A DNA stretch of 64,000 bases, from positions 1,472,001 to 1,536,000 of the forward strand of contig OZ242374.1 of NCBI GenBank assembly GCA_965209055.1. Direction: 5' to 3'. Under the pieces are notes generated by a model, which saw nothing but the letters and a program-made list of their open reading frames with translations, had not been told where the DNA came from and searched no databases. This DNA is from Acidobacteriota bacterium (lineage in GTDB: Bacteria; Acidobacteriota; UBA6911; RPQK01; JAJDTT01). The position numbers and the translations under genes are program-made. Below are positions 55,480-64,000 of this stretch, piece by piece. Each line of letters starts with the position of its first letter. The stretch's first letter is position 1.

Positions 55480-55728
55480 CTAGACGGCCCGCTTGGCACG
55501 GCGCTTGCGTCGAACGGCGCGGGCGCGAATCGGGGCTTGGTGTTTGAGCTTCGGTTGAACGACATTCGTGTCCTGTTGATACCGGGCCTTCGTCGCTGCA
55601 TAGATTTGATTCCAGCAGGAGGAACAGGTGTCCAGGTGCAGGAGGAATTCCAGCTTGTCATCCAGGTTCAGGGTGTTGCCCAGGAAGCCCGAGATTCGCT
55701 TCCGGTCGCACCCGCCAAAGGTGTTCAT
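55480..55728 (-). CDS. Stand-alone zf-HC2 (zinc-binding anti-sigma) domain protein with Arg-rich tail
   Basis: C-x23-HLDTCSSC motif; AGGAG RBS. Confidence 0.75.
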   Translation of the reverse strand: MNTFGGCDRKRISGFLGNTLNLDDKLEFLLHLDTCSSCWNQIYAATKARYQQDTNVVQPKLKHQAPIRARAVRRKRRAKRAV

Positions 55729-55794
55729 GATCGTCTCCTATTGTTGTTGGTGAAATTGGCGGAAAGTCGCCTTTGTCCTGCGGTTCAATAACAA

Positions 55795-55821
55795 AGACAA
55801 CATTTGGACCCAAATGGTTTC
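55795..55821 (-). promoter_or_regulatory. Putative ECF-sigma promoter GAAACC-N17-GTCT with palindromic spacer
   Basis: Reverse complement GAAACCatttgggtccaaatgttGTCT; inverted repeat CATTTGG-AC-CCAAATG at 55801-55816. Confidence 0.45.
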
Positions 55822-55897
55822 AAAGAATTTTGCAACGGGACCGGCGTGCCGCGACAAATTGCGCGCGGAAAACGGGGTCTGATATCGTGAGCCGGCC

Positions 55898-56458
55898 ATG
55901 ATCAACGCCACCCAGATCCGAAAAGGAATGATCATCATCCATCTGAACGAGCCCCACCGCGTGCGTGAGTCCAAACACCGGGCGCCCGGCAAGGGGGCCG
56001 CTTTTGTCCGGGTCCTGCTGAAGAATCTACGGACCGGAGCTTCGTACGAACATCGCTTCGCCTCCGGAGAAGCCGTGGACCGCGCGACGCTGGACCACCG
56101 CGAAATGGAGTTCCTCTACCGGGACGGGAACGTCTGCCATTTCATGGACACAGAAAACTATGAGCAGATCGGACTGGACCGCGAGGCGTTGGCCGAAAGC
56201 TGGGACTATCTCAAGGAGGGCCAGACCATCACGGTGGAATTCTTCGACGGCAACCCCATCGGCGTGGAGCTTCCCTCCACAGTCGAGTTGAAGGTAGTGG
56301 AGACGGAAGCCGAACTCAGGGGAGCCACCGCCAGCAACTCGCCGAAACCGGCCAAGCTGGAGACCGGCGTCACGGTCCAGGTGCCGCCATTCATCCGCGT
56401 GGGCGAGTTGATTCGCGTCGACCCTTCCCAAGGCCGTTACATTGAACGCGCCCGGTAG
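55898..56458 (+). CDS. efp: Elongation factor P
   Basis: HRAPGKGAAFVR, FMDTENYEQ, KPAKLETGVTVQVPPFI, YIER. Confidence 0.97.
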   Translation: MINATQIRKGMIIIHLNEPHRVRESKHRAPGKGAAFVRVLLKNLRTGASYEHRFASGEAVDRATLDHREMEFLYRDGNVCHFMDTENYEQIGLDREALAESWDYLKEGQTITVEFFDGNPIGVELPSTVELKVVETEAELRGATASNSPKPAKLETGVTVQVPPFIRVGELIRVDPSQGRYIERAR

Positions 56459-56586
56459 GAGGGGCGGCTTTCCTGTCGCCCGCTCCTCCAATTCACTACG
56501 TGATTCGGCCAGCGGTCGGAAAGTGTACAGGGGGGACTGCCGTCCCCCCTAACCCCCCCTGGTCGGCGGTTGGAAACCGCCGCTCC
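56458..56586. repeat. Inverted pair of REP-like palindromes (BIME-like unit)
   Basis: GGAGGGGCGGCTTTCCTGTCGCCC at 56458-56481 (+), reverse complement GGAGCGGCGGTTTCCAACCGCCG at 56564-56586, and an internal GGGGGAC-TGCC-GTCCCCC hairpin. Confidence 0.6.
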
Positions 56587-56623
56587 ATGCAACCGGGTCA
56601 GTCCCCCGGAGTAAATTGGACCT

Positions 56624-59539
56624 GTGGGAGAGGTTGTCATTCATCATGGACCCGCCGCGCGGGACCGGTCGCGGCGGCTGCTTGAGGAGCGCCTTCGGAA
56701 GTCCGGGGCCCGCCCGCCCGAGTACCTCTACATCGTCGCCTCCCGTTGGCGAAAACAGCAGTTGGCGGGGGAGTTTCTGCAGGCAAACCCCCACACCTTC
56801 GAAATCCCGATCCTCACGTTTCAGGACTTGGTCGCCGCCCTCTTCCGGGAGATCGGATCCGGCCGGAGAGTGGTTTCGGAGACCGGCCGGAGATGTCTGT
56901 TGGAGGCGGTCCTGGAGGAGCAACTCCCGGCATCGGGAGGGAACGGCGAAGAGCCACCCGTATCTCTTTCCGAGGCGGGAGCCTGGGTGTCGACGCTCAA
57001 GGGCCGGGGCCTGACCAGCGAGCCGCTGATTCGGCTTCATCTCCAGCGGGAGGAGCGCGACCCGGAGGAAGCGAGCCGGTTGATCCGGGTCTTTCTCGCC
57101 TACCAGAAAAAGCTGGAGGCGCAGGGGTGGGAAGACGCGGCGGGAGTCCGCCTGAGCCTTTATGAGGCTCTGTTGACCGGTTCGCTCGACTGCCGCGATC
57201 GTTTTCCCCGCGTCGGAGAGATCCTCTTCGAGGGGCTCATCGCCCGAACGCCGGTAGAGAAGGGGCTGGTGCGCCTGCTGGCGGATCACGTGGGGAAGGC
57301 CTTCTTCTCGTTGGATCTGGAGTCGTCCGAGGAAGAAACGCGGCCCTTCGCGCTTCCGGTGGCCACGGTCAGGGAATGCTGGGAGGGGACGAACCCGGCG
57401 TGGCGTTTACACGCCGCGGACGAGACGGTTTCCCAAGTTCGCTTCTGCCGGCCGGAGCACCGGGAAGCGGAAATCCGGACGGTGGCCCGGGAAATTCAGG
57501 AACTCAAGACTCGGGAGCCCCGGATCCGGTGGTCCCGGATGGGTGTCGTCTGTCCCCGCGACGAGAGCTACCTGCTGCTTTTGAGGGAGATCTTTACCCG
57601 GCTGGAGATTCCCTGGCTGAACCTGCATGGAGACGCCGTGGGGTCCACCTACGCCTTTGGAGTCCTGACCGGATACGTGGAGCTGTTGTGGCGCGATTTT
57701 CGGCGGGACGACCTGTTCGATTTCCTCTCGTCCCCGTGGATCCATCCGGATGGGCTCTCGCCGGATCGAGTTCGGCTCCTGGAGCAACTGGCCTGTCAGG
57801 GCGGCTTCCGGGGCGGCGGGGAAGTGTGGGCAGATGCGTTCCCGAAGTGGATCGAGGGGAAACCGTCCCCGTCTTCGGAGGATTCGCATTCGGTCCCGGA
57901 GGGTTGCGCGGAGGCTTTTCGGGAGTGGGTCCGGAAACTCCAAGCTGATTCGTCGCGGCTCCGGACGGCCGCGGAGTGGGTTTCCCTGTTGTCCGGCCGG
58001 TTGGGCCCGCTCCTCCGACCGCCGGACGGGTGTGGAGACTGGGGGCGAACCGAAGGCCAGGCTCTGGTCCGCCTCCAGGTGAGCCTCCAGGAAGCCGCCC
58101 TGCTCTGGGGAGATTGCCCTCTCAGTCTCTCGCGCTTCCGCTCGCTGCTCCGCCGGCAGGTTTCCCGGATCCGAATTTCCCCCGCCCTGGATCGGGACGC
58201 CGTCGTCGTGGGAGGTGCCCGTCACCTGCAGGAGTGCGAGTTTCGGCATCTCTACTGGCTCGACTTCTCGGAAGGCCGGATCCCCGCCCGCCGCCCGGCT
58301 CCGTTTTCCGAGACGGTGGACCGGATGCCGGAAGAACTTTCCATTTTTCACGGTCTCCGCTTCCGGAGTCGGGAATCGGTGCTTCTGTCCTCGCCCCGGC
58401 ATGCCGACAACGGTCCGGTGTTGCCGAGCCATGTTTTGGAGTACCTGGACTTCCGGGAGGAGGGCCTTCCCCCTGCGGAGATGCCCCGGGACTCGGCGGC
58501 CTCTACGGCGAAAGGCGAGAACATCCACCGCGGCGTCCGGGCGCTGACCCTGAGGCGGTCGGACCATCCCAACGCCTTCAACGGTGTTCTCGACCGTCCC
58601 GAGATCCTGGACCGGATGCGCCGGCGCCACTTTCCGGCCGGGATGGATGTCTCTCCGGAGCGGCTGGAGGAGTATGGACGGTGCGGATTCCGGTTTTTCG
58701 TCCGGACGATTCTCGGGTCCAAACCGCCGCCGCCGGACTCGGATCTGCTTCGTGAAGAACACCGGCTGGTTCGGAGAATACTGTCCCGCTATTCGCAGGA
58801 TGCCGCCGCGAGCGGCCCCCTGGGTCTCGAAGACGGACGGCGCCGCATGGCGGACATCGTCCGGGAAGAACTGGAGGAATTGAGACAGGCCTTGCCTGTG
58901 GCCGGCGGCCTGCGCTGGGAGCAGACGCGGGCGTGGCTCATGGACGGACTGGAAGACGCGAACCCCCCGGGGTTGCTGATGCGATTCCTGGAGGAGGAGC
59001 GGGAGCGGGAAGCCGGCTTGGAGATCGATTCCGTGGAGACCACCCTGGGGCCCCTCGTGCTGGGCCGGCTTCCCGGCGGTTCGCGGACCGGTGACGGGCC
59101 GCCGCGGCCGGTTCGCCTGACGGGTCTTCTGGACCGGATCGAGAGGACTCCCGAGGGCTTTCAACTGGTGTCCTACGTGGCGGGACACCGGAATCGCCTG
59201 CGCGGGATCAGGGAGGGCTGGGGTTTTCGCCTCCCGTTGTCGCTGCTTCTGGTGCACTCCTATTTGGGCAAGGCGGCATCCGGAGGCTTCTACCATGCCG
59301 GACTGCCCGGATACCTGAAGTGGCGGCCGTTGCGGAAACCGGGAAGCCGGGCTCCGGCGGATGACCTGGAACAATTGATGGATCGTTATCGGGAAGAGGC
59401 TTTGGTGGCCTCCCGAAGGATCTGGTCCGGGACCTTTCCGGTGACCACCCACAAGCCGGCGGCCGCCGGCTGTGCCCACTGCAGCACCAGTCGAGTCTGC
59501 CGGCGGGAGGAAGCACAGGCCGGAGGGACTCCGGCGTGA
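56624..59539 (+). CDS. addB: AddB/RexB-like helicase-nuclease subunit B (degenerate)
   Basis: EAEIRTVAREI, SPERLEEYGRCGFRFF, LTGLLDRIE, C-terminal CAHC..VC; GTGA overlap with addA. Confidence 0.8.
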   Translation: MGEVVIHHGPAARDRSRRLLEERLRKSGARPPEYLYIVASRWRKQQLAGEFLQANPHTFEIPILTFQDLVAALFREIGSGRRVVSETGRRCLLEAVLEEQLPASGGNGEEPPVSLSEAGAWVSTLKGRGLTSEPLIRLHLQREERDPEEASRLIRVFLAYQKKLEAQGWEDAAGVRLSLYEALLTGSLDCRDRFPRVGEILFEGLIARTPVEKGLVRLLADHVGKAFFSLDLESSEEETRPFALPVATVRECWEGTNPAWRLHAADETVSQVRFCRPEHREAEIRTVAREIQELKTREPRIRWSRMGVVCPRDESYLLLLREIFTRLEIPWLNLHGDAVGSTYAFGVLTGYVELLWRDFRRDDLFDFLSSPWIHPDGLSPDRVRLLEQLACQGGFRGGGEVWADAFPKWIEGKPSPSSEDSHSVPEGCAEAFREWVRKLQADSSRLRTAAEWVSLLSGRLGPLLRPPDGCGDWGRTEGQALVRLQVSLQEAALLWGDCPLSLSRFRSLLRRQVSRIRISPALDRDAVVVGGARHLQECEFRHLYWLDFSEGRIPARRPAPFSETVDRMPEELSIFHGLRFRSRESVLLSSPRHADNGPVLPSHVLEYLDFREEGLPPAEMPRDSAASTAKGENIHRGVRALTLRRSDHPNAFNGVLDRPEILDRMRRRHFPAGMDVSPERLEEYGRCGFRFFVRTILGSKPPPPDSDLLREEHRLVRRILSRYSQDAAASGPLGLEDGRRRMADIVREELEELRQALPVAGGLRWEQTRAWLMDGLEDANPPGLLMRFLEEEREREAGLEIDSVETTLGPLVLGRLPGGSRTGDGPPRPVRLTGLLDRIERTPEGFQLVSYVAGHRNRLRGIREGWGFRLPLSLLLVHSYLGKAASGGFYHAGLPGYLKWRPLRKPGSRAPADDLEQLMDRYREEALVASRRIWSGTFPVTTHKPAAAGCAHCSTSRVCRREEAQAGGTPA

Positions 59540-62500
59540 GCTCGGCTGTCTCCGCACCCGTCCCCGGGAGAACCGGCGCGCGCTCGCCCCGAAACCGGGA
59601 AGCCGGCCCGGAGCCGAGCTACGACGAGTCCCAGCGCCGGGCCCTGGACCTCACGACGCACATGGTGGTGTCGGCGGCGGCGGGGTCGGGAAAGACCCGG
59701 GTCCTGGTGGGCCGCTACCTGCGGATCCTGGAGCATCACGGCCACCAACCGCACCGGATCGTCGCCATCACATTCACCGAGGAGGCGGCTTCCCAAATGG
59801 CGGCCCGCATCCGGGAAGGGGTCCTGGCCAGACTCTCCAGAGCTCCTTTCCCAGAGTCGAAACGTCCCTGGGCACAGGCGCTGGCGGCCTTGGGAGACGC
59901 TCCCATCACCACCTTGCACAGCTTCTGCCTGAGGATTCTCAGGGAACACGGAGGCCGGATCGGCCTCGATCCCGGATTCGGCGTCCTGAACGGAGGGGAT
60001 CAGCGCCTGCTGCTGGACCGGTGTCTCCAGGAGCTGCTCGACTCCTGGTCCCGCAGCCGGCTTCCCGCGTTCGCGACGCTGCTTCGATATCTGCCGTACC
60101 GGAGAATCGAAGGAGTCCTGGCCGAAGTGGTCCAGAGGCGGAATCACCTGGCGGCCCGCTCGTCCCTCGACCAGGCTGAGATCCTGCGCCGCCTCTATGG
60201 GCGGGAAACGGCGCACTTCCTGGCGCGGTCGGAGGTGTGGGCCCGGTTGCGGCGCCTTCTGGAGCGGGTGCCGAAACGGCTCTTGATCCGGAACGATTCC
60301 TTCGCCCGTAAATGCGTTCGGCAGAGGGAACTCTTTCGGGCGCGCCCCACGTTGGACGACAAGGAGTTCCTGGTTCGATTCGAGGAAGCTCTGGGCCTGG
60401 TGGCGCGGCCTTCCAAAGCCTGGACGGACTGGGAACATCGTGCCGCCCTGGTGAAGTGCTGGAAGGCGCTCAAAGAGGAATACGGCCGGTATCCGCTGCG
60501 GGTCTCCCGCCCCTCCGATGAATCCGGTTTCGACGGCGACGCTCACTTCGACAAGGCGATGCTGGCTCTGGAGGAACTGGCAGGCCTGGCTCTGGATCGC
60601 TATCGGTCAGAGAAGGAACAGGACTCGCTGCTGGATTTCGAAGATCTTCTGGCGCTGGCTCGTTCGTTGATCCGCTTGCCGGACGTTCGCAGAAGTCTTC
60701 GAAGCCGGCATCGATTTTTCCTGGTGGACGAATTTCAGGACACCAACCGCCTGCAATGGGAGATTCTCAAGCCGCTCGTGGGCGCCGGCGCGAATTTCTT
60801 CGCCGTCGGCGACGACAAGCAGTCCATCTACCGCTTCCGGGATGCGGACGTCGCGGTATTTCGAGCGGTTCGAAAGTGGGTGCGGAAGCGGGGACGCGTC
60901 GTCGAGCTTCGCCGGAACTACCGTTCTCATTCCAGCCTGGTGCGATTCAGCAACCGGGTCTTCCGGTACTTGATGCAGCCGGGGTTGGACTACGAAGCCG
61001 TTCATCAGGAGATGACCCCCGTCCGGAAAGAGTCCGCCGTCGCGGACCCGGGTGTCCGTGGATTGCTCTACGAGAAGCTCCCGCAAGGCTACGGCACCGA
61101 GGCCGAAGTCGCGGCGGAGGCGGCCATGGAACTGCTGTCGGAAGGGTTCCAGGCCCACGAAATCGCTGTATTGCTCCGGAACCGCACCCGGCTCCGGGAG
61201 TTCGAGAACGCTTTCTGCCGCTGGGATTTGCCATTTTCCGCCCGCGGGGGCAATCGGCTTCACGATCAACCGGAGATCGTGGACCTGACGAATCTGCTCC
61301 GCTTTCTGGATGATCCAGGGAGGGACCTGGAATTGTTGGGGGTGCTCCGGAGTCCCCTGTTCAATTTCTCGGACGAGGATCTTCTGCTCCTGTCGCTGCA
61401 GGAGGGGTCCGGGATCTGGAGAAAGCTTCGGTCCGCCAAGCCTCCCTCGGGGGCCTGGCCCCGGCATTGGATCTTCGCGCGGGAATCGTTGGGCGCATGG
61501 GTCCAGGCGCCGTACCAGGGATCGGCCGCCATTTTGTCTCAAGTGATCGCAGAGACCGGCTACGATGAGATCATGGCGGCCGGAGGCCGGGGAGATCTGG
61601 CCCGCAACAGTATCCGCCGGCTGTTGGAACTGGCTCGAAGATTCGAGATCGGCCATGGGCCTTCGCGGCGCCCATTTTGCCGCCACCTGGAGGGACTTCG
61701 CCGGCTCGGGGCCCAAGAAGGAGGATTCGCGGAAGGCGGCTCGGACCGGATTAGTGTCCACACCATTCACGGAGCCAAGGGCCTGCAATTTCCGGCGGTC
61801 ATCCTTCCCGATCTGGGCGCCCCGCTTCTGGCCGGGATGATCGATCCGTTCTTTGGCCAGGCGGTGGGGAAGGAGGAGAACCAGTATTGTTTCGGTCTCG
61901 CGATCCGCAACCCACTGCGGGGATATGAGCGGTACCGGCATCCTCATTACGAGATGTTGCGGCGGCTGGACCGGTATCGCCAGACGGCCGAAGAGAAACG
62001 GCTCCTCTACGTGGCCCTGACCCGGGCCCGCGAGAGGATGGTCTTGATCGGGAAGAAGTCGCGGCGGCCCTCCTACGCCCGCTGGTTGCAGGAGGCGGAC
62101 GCAGAGACGTACATGACCCCGCTGACCCTCCGGCCTCTCGACGGCTCCCGCAAATCAGCCGGCCGGGAGCCCGGGGAGAACGACCTCTCTCCCACGGTCC
62201 CGACCCCGGTCCTCACCGGGCAATCGGACTTGGCGAGCCGGGATAACCGTCTCGCTCCGGGCGCCGACAGTTGGAGCAAGACCACCTGGACACCGACCGA
62301 GATCGTCTCCTACTATCGATGCCCCCGGAGCTTCTTCCATTCCCGGGTGGAGGGACGCGTGGAGGCTCCGGCCTCGGGTTGGCGAGCGAGCCCGTCGGCG
62401 TTGGTGGGCTCCGCCGTGCACGAGCTGCTTGAGAAACCGGGCGCGCTGGGAGATGAAGCGGCGGTGGAACGTTTCCTGGACCGGTGGCGGACGAGGCTTG

Positions 62501-63048
62501 GCCCGCTCTACTCGGAGGAGGAGATTCGACGAATGAGCCGGCGCATCGAAAAAAGCATCGAGGGTGTCCGGAAGAGCCGCTTGGCGGAACGTCTCGCTTC
62601 CGCCCGCAAAGTCTTCAGCGAAAAACGATTCCATGTCGTGGAGCAGGGCCGCCTGGTGACGGGGATTATCGACAAGCTCTTTCAGGAGGGGAACGGCCGC
62701 TGGGTCGTCGTGGACTTCAAGACGACTCGCCGGACTGAACCTGGAGAGAGACAGGAGATCGACGAGAAGGGTTATCGTCTCCAGGTCCGGATCTACCTGT
62801 GGGCCGTGTCCCGGATCTTGGAGACCATGAATCTGGCGGGGCGCCTGCTGTTCACGGAGGCTGGAACTCTGCGGCCGGTGACCTTCGACGCCGGCGTCGC
62901 GGCCCGATGCGGGGATCTGGTCGGCAGGCTGCCCCAAACTCCGGATCCGCACCGTTTTCTCCGGACCCGGATCGCCGAAACCTGTTCCGGATGCGGCTTC
63001 ATGACCGGGGGTTTGTGCCCGGGGGCCGCGGGACCCCATGCCGATTGA
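59536..63048 (+). CDS. addA: AddA-like UvrD helicase with C-terminal PD-(D/E)XK nuclease
   Basis: SAAAGSGKT, AITFT, LVDEFQDTN, VGDDKQSIYRFR, NYRS, TIHGAKGLQF, LYVALTRAR, GIIDKL..VVDFKT, LQVRIY. Confidence 0.92.
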   Translation: MSSAVSAPVPGRTGARSPRNREAGPEPSYDESQRRALDLTTHMVVSAAAGSGKTRVLVGRYLRILEHHGHQPHRIVAITFTEEAASQMAARIREGVLARLSRAPFPESKRPWAQALAALGDAPITTLHSFCLRILREHGGRIGLDPGFGVLNGGDQRLLLDRCLQELLDSWSRSRLPAFATLLRYLPYRRIEGVLAEVVQRRNHLAARSSLDQAEILRRLYGRETAHFLARSEVWARLRRLLERVPKRLLIRNDSFARKCVRQRELFRARPTLDDKEFLVRFEEALGLVARPSKAWTDWEHRAALVKCWKALKEEYGRYPLRVSRPSDESGFDGDAHFDKAMLALEELAGLALDRYRSEKEQDSLLDFEDLLALARSLIRLPDVRRSLRSRHRFFLVDEFQDTNRLQWEILKPLVGAGANFFAVGDDKQSIYRFRDADVAVFRAVRKWVRKRGRVVELRRNYRSHSSLVRFSNRVFRYLMQPGLDYEAVHQEMTPVRKESAVADPGVRGLLYEKLPQGYGTEAEVAAEAAMELLSEGFQAHEIAVLLRNRTRLREFENAFCRWDLPFSARGGNRLHDQPEIVDLTNLLRFLDDPGRDLELLGVLRSPLFNFSDEDLLLLSLQEGSGIWRKLRSAKPPSGAWPRHWIFARESLGAWVQAPYQGSAAILSQVIAETGYDEIMAAGGRGDLARNSIRRLLELARRFEIGHGPSRRPFCRHLEGLRRLGAQEGGFAEGGSDRISVHTIHGAKGLQFPAVILPDLGAPLLAGMIDPFFGQAVGKEENQYCFGLAIRNPLRGYERYRHPHYEMLRRLDRYRQTAEEKRLLYVALTRARERMVLIGKKSRRPSYARWLQEADAETYMTPLTLRPLDGSRKSAGREPGENDLSPTVPTPVLTGQSDLASRDNRLAPGADSWSKTTWTPTEIVSYYRCPRSFFHSRVEGRVEAPASGWRASPSALVGSAVHELLEKPGALGDEAAVERFLDRWRTRLGPLYSEEEIRRMSRRIEKSIEGVRKSRLAERLASARKVFSEKRFHVVEQGRLVTGIIDKLFQEGNGRWVVVDFKTTRRTEPGERQEIDEKGYRLQVRIYLWAVSRILETMNLAGRLLFTEAGTLRPVTFDAGVAARCGDLVGRLPQTPDPHRFLRTRIAETCSGCGFMTGGLCPGAAGPHAD

Positions 63049-63061
63049 AGAGCGGACAGTG

Positions 63062-64000
63062 ATGCAACGGGAACAGTTGGAGGTGGACGTTCTTTTCGTC
63101 GGTGCGGGACCGGCGTGCTTGAGTGCGGCGTTTCACCTGTCGCGCCTGGTGAGCCGGCACGACCGTGAAGTGGAAGCCGGGACCCGGCCGGGCCCGCTCC
63201 TGGGTGAGCAGCTCCTGCTGGTGGTGGAGAAGGGCAAGGAGATCGGGTCGCATGCCCTGAGCGGCGCCGTCGTGGACCCCAGGGCGTTTCGCGCTCTGCT
63301 TCAGGATCTTCCCGGCACGGAACCGCCGCTGGACGCACCGGTGTGGAAAGAGGACGTCCTGTTCCTTACCAGGAAGAGGCATTTCCGGCTTCCCGTGATT
63401 CCGCCGCCGCTGCACAACGAAGGCAACCACGTGGCCTCGCTGGGCAAGCTGGTGAAGTGGCTGGCCGCCCTCTGCCAGGACCATGGGGTCGAGGTCTACC
63501 CCGAATTCCCGGCGGTCAAGCTGCTCCTGGATGGAAACCGGGTGGTGGGAGCCCGGATGGGAGACCGGGGACTCGACGCCAAGGGACAACCCCGATCGCA
63601 CTACGAGCCGGGAACCGACGTTTTGGCCAGGATCACGGTCCTGGGCGAGGGGCCCAGAGGCACGCTGACCCGCCAGGCGGAGGAGCAACTCGGACTGGAC
63701 CGTGAAGGCGGCCCTCAGCTCTATTCGCTGGGGGTGAAGGAGGTCTGGCGCGTCCCGGGAATCGAGCCGGGACGGGTCTATCACACCCTGGGCTACCCGA
63801 CGGGAACCCGGGAGTTCGGCGGCGGCTTCATCTATACGTTGACTCAGGAGCAGGTCCACGTGGGGTTCGTGGTGGGACTGGACTCGCGGGACCCGCGCGA
63901 AGACGCTCACCGTTTGCTTCAGGAATACAAGCGTCATCCCTTCGTGCGCCGGCTTCTGGAAGGAGGCCGGGTGGTCTCCTACGGCGCCAAGGCCATTCCC
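63062..64000 (+). CDS. Electron transfer flavoprotein-ubiquinone oxidoreductase (3'-truncated by window edge; not in ORF track)
   Basis: Hand translation MQREQLEVDVLFVGAGPACLSAAFHL..VVEKGKEIGSHALSGAVVDP..PLHNEGN..LGEGPRG..LGVKEVW..HTLGYP. Confidence 0.92.
   Translation, partial: MQREQLEVDVLFVGAGPACLSAAFHLSRLVSRHDREVEAGTRPGPLLGEQLLLVVEKGKEIGSHALSGAVVDPRAFRALLQDLPGTEPPLDAPVWKEDVLFLTRKRHFRLPVIPPPLHNEGNHVASLGKLVKWLAALCQDHGVEVYPEFPAVKLLLDGNRVVGARMGDRGLDAKGQPRSHYEPGTDVLARITVLGEGPRGTLTRQAEEQLGLDREGGPQLYSLGVKEVWRVPGIEPGRVYHTLGYPTGTREFGGGFIYTLTQEQVHVGFVVGLDSRDPREDAHRLLQEYKRHPFVRRLLEGGRVVSYGAKAIP

Noticed and set aside
55825-55855. Possible sigma54 promoter (GGCAC...TTGC) upstream of the zf-HC2 gene
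   Set aside because: GG to GC spacing does not fit the strict -24/-12 geometry
59536-63048. Cas4-like C-terminus as evidence of a CRISPR or defence system
   Set aside because: Fused to a complete UvrD-type helicase and paired with an AddB-like gene, so it fits recombinational repair
62999-63937. Minus-strand 312-aa ORF at the window end
   Set aside because: Antisense shadow of the ETF-QO gene starting at 63062, which the track missed because it has no stop in the window

Overview
64 kb of a high-GC bacterial chromosome. Gene content and protein style suggest Acidobacteriota, which is an inference only. Most of it is housekeeping: pgeF, purE/purD, serS, add, tRNA-Ser(TGA), putA, pyrE, a ClpX-like ATPase, queA/queD/queC, an RpoH-like sigma factor, thrC, lutABC, efp, addAB and a truncated ETF-QO. 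A ~20 kb respiratory supercluster (34.1-54.4 kb) encodes an A1-type aa3 oxidase, a split b6-type Rieske/cytochrome b complex with an octaheme cytochrome c, a cupredoxin-like lipoprotein, heme A/O synthases and an ABC pair. A ~4 kb accessory block with a ParDE module separates that ABC pair. A second toxin-antitoxin module (AbrB/PIN) lies just upstream of the cluster. There is no CRISPR array, integrase or transposase. The most unusual signals are: (1) a protein resembling eukaryotic PHPT1/Janus-Ocnus phosphohistidine phosphatase, without the catalytic His and with a KRRRP-repeat tail, in a small co-oriented cluster with a ferredoxin and an orphan zinc-binding anti-sigma-like gene behind an ECF-type promoter; (2) a 160-bp fully fold-back, TA-flanked MITE-like element; (3) a 4x22-bp palindromic tandem array over the start of an AAA/DUF4143 ATPase-nuclease next to tRNA-Ser; (4) an uncharacterised radical SAM + Cys-rich metallophosphoesterase pair behind a ligase-ACP-acyltransferase; (5) an AddB that appears catalytically dead; (6) a REP-like repeat family and many apparently leaderless extended -10 promoters. 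All family assignments come from motif recognition by eye, not from database searches.
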